Source: an uncultured Calditrichota bacterium | GTDB taxonomy: Bacteria > Calditrichota > Calditrichia > JAJRVZ01 | Assembly (NCBI GenBank): GCA_964430815.1 | Contig: CAYSHN010000001.1 | Coordinates: 1 to 29,619 of the forward strand | Reading direction: 5' to 3' | DNA length: 29,619 bases | In this document: one piece after another, positions 26,001 to 29,619 of the stretch | How the letters are laid out: the number at the start of each line of letters is the position of its first letter | Numbering within the stretch: the stretch's first letter is position 1 | Notes under the pieces: generated by a model | Told to the model about the DNA's origin: nothing | Database searches by the model: none | Seen by the model: the letters and a program-made list of their open reading frames with translations, nothing else | Made by a program: the position numbers and the translations under genes

Positions 26001-26715
26001 GGCGAAAGATGTTAATTTTAAGATATTGAATATTTCAAAGAATAATATACCGATCGAGTTCGCATTTGGTGAGATTGATGGTACAGACGGAAAATTTTCC
26101 ATTGACACTAGTGATGCGGATAATGCAGATGTAATCCGGTTTCTGGAACCTAATGCACAGGGAAAACTGATCTGGACTTGGCAATTGATTTTAAATTTAC
26201 AACCACAACCGCCTGTTGGTCGTAATCCTGATTCGGGTGATTCCCTGTTTTTGTATCTGCGTAAACCATTTTTATCCAGTGATAGCTACCGTTTTAAAAT
26301 GAAAACAGAATCGTTGTCAACGCAACTGGCCAAGGCACAACTTGACAGAATCCGGGTGGTTCCGAACCCGTATATTGCTGCCGAGACCTGGGAACCGTTC
26401 AATACATACTCCAGCGGACGCGGCCAACGCGAGATACATTTCATCAATTTACCGCCTAAATGTACCATTCGCATCTTCAACGTTTCCGGTGAACTTATCG
26501 ATAAGATTGAATACGACAGCAGGGTCGATGCCAACAAGGAAGTTACTGGTTTGAAGCGGCTCACGGATGGAACCGATAGCGGTTTGAATGACGGTACCGC
26601 CATCTGGGATTTATTGAGTAAAGATAAGCTGGAAATTTCATATGGAATCTATCTATATCATATTCAGGCACCGGGTATCGGGGAAAAAACAGGAACTTTT
26701 GCGATAATTAAATAA
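23083..26715 (+). CDS. Large secreted protein (1210 aa) with Asp-rich Ca-binding-like motifs, an FN3-like module and a variant T9SS/FlgD-like C-terminal domain
   Basis: Signal-like N-terminus; LDGNNVR...FEWPK; DDDGDAD, DDDLDGLIDE and DNDNDWD..DDLGLDG; FN3-like LTAVPGDGKVTLYWD...FEGYRVYRS...YVDSGLTNGQRYFYAVTAYD. C-terminus is IRVVPNPY...IHFINLPPKCTIRIFNVSGELI...WDLLSKD...YGIYLYHI...GTFAIIK*. Confidence 0.8.
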   Translation: MNLSKILNRLIRPAFRFWILSLVFYVITLAPVQVQGYVPSDNRADANYRRHSNLDGNNVRVTVHNFGLNGWESKEPDLWGFEWPKNTKREYIVFVSIWLGGEVTNDLGETVNIVDISTSRSSPTGNPYSLLPVPGFLNPDHPNKELARSDDLTSWPRAADGGWKDKMDDTNDPGWIGSWNGFFGKNVYNADLEMYYRCGDDLYNRGNYIPDTTDRTRGGLGLLMDERAFAWTQILINDVVFFINDIKNDATKRIGRTVFTIWLADLVGGDSNDDEPYVDLQTNIAFLTDHDRVGTDPWAGTTVGLGSVKYIETPGNQVNGIDDDGDADAEENANLLTRIDGDPAVRIPLFTSDDFSSRSLSAGDKIVLIDSSTFERQIIEYPAGGGLVKTLGRMVELPVDGITLTEDTLFNSIDDDLDGLIDERISLHLQRFNDITGSIVPVRYINYLSFNVGDTIKRGFVVAGKGAVQNYQNVAPMIDESRDDAFDNDNDWDPFQDDLGLDGAENTGDQGEGDGVPSSGTGTERPGEPSIDKTDVSETDLIGITGALQFPAFSLNFSTMKDRVIMLNYMRPGYFSLPRRTGEYDLCVSSGYFPLDPGERQRMAVSVAMAGGGVTKNDDIQSAIKKQKQARIAYESDYRFAQAPLQVTLTAVPGDGKVTLYWDDVAESSVDNFIKRLDYPNAAEMSRDFEGYRVYRSTDAAMLDPMVITDGKGNKLMRVPIAQFDLKDGLTEYHPIDIYGIKYWLGDDSGLQHSYVDSGLTNGQRYFYAVTAYDRGFTDAEIAPTETPIRIDVDTQGNIVTGVNVAVVRPRAPVAGYLPAEVDSFIHVSGSSTGQIGIKIIDPRWIKQGHEYQLIFEDTLIRGTVLDVLTTKNFTLTDLTVDSVMIDKSTNLAADYEQPILDGYRLIFTNEDKVMTDPEKAKWSDPNIFEFQFSPVQFLNIKGVQNPFDYVVVFGDVGMSTSKDTSISFSHMPAKDVNFKILNISKNNIPIEFAFGEIDGTDGKFSIDTSDADNADVIRFLEPNAQGKLIWTWQLILNLQPQPPVGRNPDSGDSLFLYLRKPFLSSDSYRFKMKTESLSTQLAKAQLDRIRVVPNPYIAAETWEPFNTYSSGRGQREIHFINLPPKCTIRIFNVSGELIDKIEYDSRVDANKEVTGLKRLTDGTDSGLNDGTAIWDLLSKDKLEISYGIYLYHIQAPGIGEKTGTFAIIK

Positions 26716-26786
26716 TCGTAAGCTAGTTTAAATGTAAATCCGTCGCAGGTTAGCATGACAGTACAAATAAATATAATTTTATAGGA

Positions 26787-27851
26787 ATGAAGAATATTAT
26801 GAAGAGAATAGCACAATCTCTGAACCAGCAGGCAACAGCAGGATTACTGCTGGTGGTTTTTCTCTTACTGTTTGGTAGCGCAAGTATGGCTCAGGATGTG
26901 AAAAAAGTCGGAACCTCGGCAGCTACTTTCTTAAAAATACCAGTCGGAGCCAGAGGTATATCTATGGGAGGTGCATTTGTTTCTATCGCTGATGATCCGA
27001 GTGCATTATACTGGAATCCGGGTGGCCTCTCACGTATCGAAAAATATTCCCTGATGGTGGATCACTCTCCCTGGTTACCAGGTTTAAGTTTCAATTTTAT
27101 TGGTCTGGTTATGCCTTTAGAATCTTTTGGTACACTGGGCATCAGCGTAACCTCGCTTAGCACCGCCGAAATGGATGTGACCACTCCCGCAAATCCTATG
27201 GGTACCGGTGAAAAATTTGATGCAGCATCAATGGTTGCCGGTGTCTCGTATGGCCGGAAGTTAACGGATAGATTTACCATTGGGGGTACAGTAAAGTACG
27301 TTAATGAGCGAATTATGAATTGTTCAGCAACCGGTCTAGGTGTTGATCTCGGTACAATTTATAATACTCCGTTATCCGGATTACGAATGGGTTTCAGTGT
27401 TTCAAACTTTGGTACAAAGATGCAAATGGACGGTGAAGATCTTAATGTGCGTGTGGATATCGATCCCAGCCAGTTGGGTAATAATCAGAGTGTGGTCGGA
27501 CGGTTAAAGACGGATAGTTTCGATCTGCCTCTGATCATGCGGTTGGGACTGTCGTATGATGCCTGGCAGGCTGAGAACACGCGGGTGACCGTGGCGGCGG
27601 ATGGAATTAATCCCAACGATAATGCGCAATTCCTTAATGTTGGGGCCGAAGCGGCTTTTCTCGGTGAAATGCTGATTATCAGTGGAGGTTTTTCGGAACT
27701 GTTTCTGGAAGACCGTGAAAAAGGTTTAACAATGGGAGCCAGTTTTAATCCTAATATCATCAGTGGTGTCGGTCTTAATGTCGGCTATGCTTTTCAAAGT
27801 TTTCAACATTTACCAGATGTAAATAGATTTACTTTAACAGTATCATTTTAA
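26787..27851 (+). CDS. PorV/PorQ-family outer-membrane beta-barrel protein
   Basis: KVGTSAATFLKIPVGARGISMGGAFVSIADDPSALYWNPGGL is the FadL/PorV-type N-terminal signature. Also SYGRKLTDRFTIGGTVKY, DLGTIY, GFSVSNFGTKM, and a C-terminal RFTLTVSF* beta-signal. Confidence 0.88.
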   Translation: MKNIMKRIAQSLNQQATAGLLLVVFLLLFGSASMAQDVKKVGTSAATFLKIPVGARGISMGGAFVSIADDPSALYWNPGGLSRIEKYSLMVDHSPWLPGLSFNFIGLVMPLESFGTLGISVTSLSTAEMDVTTPANPMGTGEKFDAASMVAGVSYGRKLTDRFTIGGTVKYVNERIMNCSATGLGVDLGTIYNTPLSGLRMGFSVSNFGTKMQMDGEDLNVRVDIDPSQLGNNQSVVGRLKTDSFDLPLIMRLGLSYDAWQAENTRVTVAADGINPNDNAQFLNVGAEAAFLGEMLIISGGFSELFLEDREKGLTMGASFNPNIISGVGLNVGYAFQSFQHLPDVNRFTLTVSF

Positions 27852-27938
27852 TCGGTGAGGAAAGGAGGGCCAATCTTTAAAAAATTCAGAAGCAATTTAC
27901 TATATCATTTTTAATTTGACGAATTTAAGGAGGTCTTT

Positions 27939-29619
27939 ATGACGTCAAGGTTTACATTGTTAACTTTTACAGTTTTATTTATCCTGAGCCTGGGATTAAC
28001 TGTACAGGCCCAGAATGTATTTGTGACTTTTCGTTTTAATTCCTGCACCAACCTGGATACGCTTAAAGCATCTAACGGCTTTGTCGAAATGAGAGGTGCA
28101 TTGAATACAGTTGCGCCGAATAATCTTCCTAATGGCCAGGTAATCGACTGGAGTGCCTCATCAACTCTGGAAATGGTCAATGTTGGTGGTGATTATTGGG
28201 AACTTACCGTGGAAATGGCACCCGAGGATACACTGTATTATAAATACTGGACAGGATATTCACCCTCCGTGGGAACCTTTCCTGACGGCGGCTGGGAAGG
28301 TCCATTCCTTCCTTCCAACGGCCTGACCTGGAATACGCGAACTTTCATTTCGGGGACTACGGATAGCGTATTAGACGTACAGTACTATCATCCGAGCACA
28401 GCTGGAACGGTTGACCAATACTTAGCGCCGTTTGAGAACAAAGCAGATTCCGTAGCCGTATATTTCCGGGTCAATATCGGTGGTGAAATGGAAGCGGAGA
28501 GATTTAATCCGGCCAGCAATGGCCCTGTTGGCGTCCGCGGTAATGGCGGTGGTACAGGCCAGGTCCTGAGTTGGGATATCACCAAAGTTCTATTGAACTG
28601 GGAAGAAGGTAGTGTTTATCGGACAGGTTCCTTCTGGTCAGGTGTTGCTTATTTTCCAAAAGACAGTTTGACAGTGGGAGAACAGCAGGCCTTTAAATTT
28701 TATGCGGAAAATACATCCGACTTCAGCTGGGAAGACGGTGGCGACCATAAGTTCAAATATCCGGTTGGTTTGAAAGACACGACTATTGCCTGGACCTGGT
28801 TCAGTAATAAACCGATTACGGGTACCGCGCCGGTAACGAGTATCATAACCTGGCGGGTCAGCACAGAAGCGCTTAAAGCCATCGGCATGTTCGATCGTGG
28901 TGTCGGTGATGAAATATCGGTAAGAGGGCCTCGAGGCTGGGATGTAGATGTTCCATTATATTATGAACCTACTTTAAAGGAATGGGATTCAGCCAATGAA
29001 GAGTTCAAATTACCTCCGGGAACAGAAATTTTTTATAAATACTATGTGAACTGGGATTCTTCCCGCTTTGATACCTTAAGCCCAAATTACATCAAGGGAA
29101 TCAGGGCGAATGATAATGGTTGGGAGGAACCGGGCAGCACAGGCGGCGGTAACCGTATCCATGTATTTCAGGATGCAGCCGAACAGACCGTAACCGGCGA
29201 TTTTGGTTTTGACCGCCAGTTCTTTAACAGCGTACCGGCCAACGGTGTTTTTGATATTCCTATCACTGTTACCTGGAATGTGGACATGACCAATGCCACT
29301 AATGCCGATTCCAATACGCTAGGCGATCTGTTCAGACCGGGTCTGGATACTGTCTGGGTTCTGTGGGATGGCGAACTGCTGGCTATTGCCCAGGGTCAGG
29401 ATATGTGGTATGATATAAATAATAATCGTGATTCGCGCTTTTTAATGCTGACAGATGGAAACGGCGACATGATCTATAGCGGATCGTATACCATAGCACC
29501 GACGGAAAAATTTCCTAATGGCTGGTTTCAGCTTGGCTACAAGGTGGCCTACTCTACTTCTGATGGTGGCAGAATTATACATGGTACGGGTAATGAGAGA
29601 GGCCGCCGCTATCTGCAGT
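27939..29619 (+). CDS. Secreted multi-domain protein with tandem CBM20-like (starch-binding-type) modules, truncated at the right edge
   Basis: Not in the ORF track. AAGGAGG-N5-ATG 27939 opens a frame of 560 codons to the edge. Signal peptide MTSRFTLLTFTVLFILSLGLTVQA, then repeated V.F/W.VN...V.G...W...W...YK(Y/F)...WE...(N)R patterns. Confidence 0.8.
   Translation, partial: MTSRFTLLTFTVLFILSLGLTVQAQNVFVTFRFNSCTNLDTLKASNGFVEMRGALNTVAPNNLPNGQVIDWSASSTLEMVNVGGDYWELTVEMAPEDTLYYKYWTGYSPSVGTFPDGGWEGPFLPSNGLTWNTRTFISGTTDSVLDVQYYHPSTAGTVDQYLAPFENKADSVAVYFRVNIGGEMEAERFNPASNGPVGVRGNGGGTGQVLSWDITKVLLNWEEGSVYRTGSFWSGVAYFPKDSLTVGEQQAFKFYAENTSDFSWEDGGDHKFKYPVGLKDTTIAWTWFSNKPITGTAPVTSIITWRVSTEALKAIGMFDRGVGDEISVRGPRGWDVDVPLYYEPTLKEWDSANEEFKLPPGTEIFYKYYVNWDSSRFDTLSPNYIKGIRANDNGWEEPGSTGGGNRIHVFQDAAEQTVTGDFGFDRQFFNSVPANGVFDIPITVTWNVDMTNATNADSNTLGDLFRPGLDTVWVLWDGELLAIAQGQDMWYDINNNRDSRFLMLTDGNGDMIYSGSYTIAPTEKFPNGWFQLGYKVAYSTSDGGRIIHGTGNERGRRYLQ

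Noticed and set aside
21201-28888. Many 60-135 aa antisense or alternate-frame ORFs inside the TBDR, large protein, PorV and CBM genes (likewise inside the peptidase, secA2, pirin and others)
   Set aside because: They are fully nested in well-supported long CDSs and have no SD or domain signal.

Overview
A 29.6 kb AT-rich bacterial window, most likely from an FCB-group diderm such as Calditrichota, KSB1 or Ignavibacteria. The taxon is inferred from NYPNPFNP-type C-terminal sorting domains and a PorV/PorQ-family gene. Left half: a partial multi-TM protein, a Cys-rich 4Fe-4S protein, a signal-peptide-bearing M16C (PreP-like) peptidase, a PLP cysteine-synthase/CBS-family enzyme, a candidate leader ORF plus long hairpin ahead of an accessory SecA2, DUF1028-TPR, pirin, a PadR/HAAS pair with a clear operator, and a small T9SS-type secreted protein. 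Middle: a carbamoyltransferase/SxtJ-like/DUF5989 (SxtI-J-K-like) trio whose last gene is inverted and flanked by mirror-image octamer arrays. Right half: a co-directional locus running off the edge, encoding a double-rotamase lipoprotein, a TonB-dependent receptor, a 1210-aa FN3/Ca-motif protein with a variant C-terminal sorting domain, a PorV/PorQ-like barrel, and a secreted protein with tandem CBM20-like modules. This reads as a SusD-less uptake locus that couples TonB import to T9SS-like surface display. The best novelty candidates are that locus and the SecM-like uORF-hairpin-secA2 arrangement. No rRNA, tRNA, CRISPR or transposase was seen. All family assignments come from motif recognition by eye, not from database searches.
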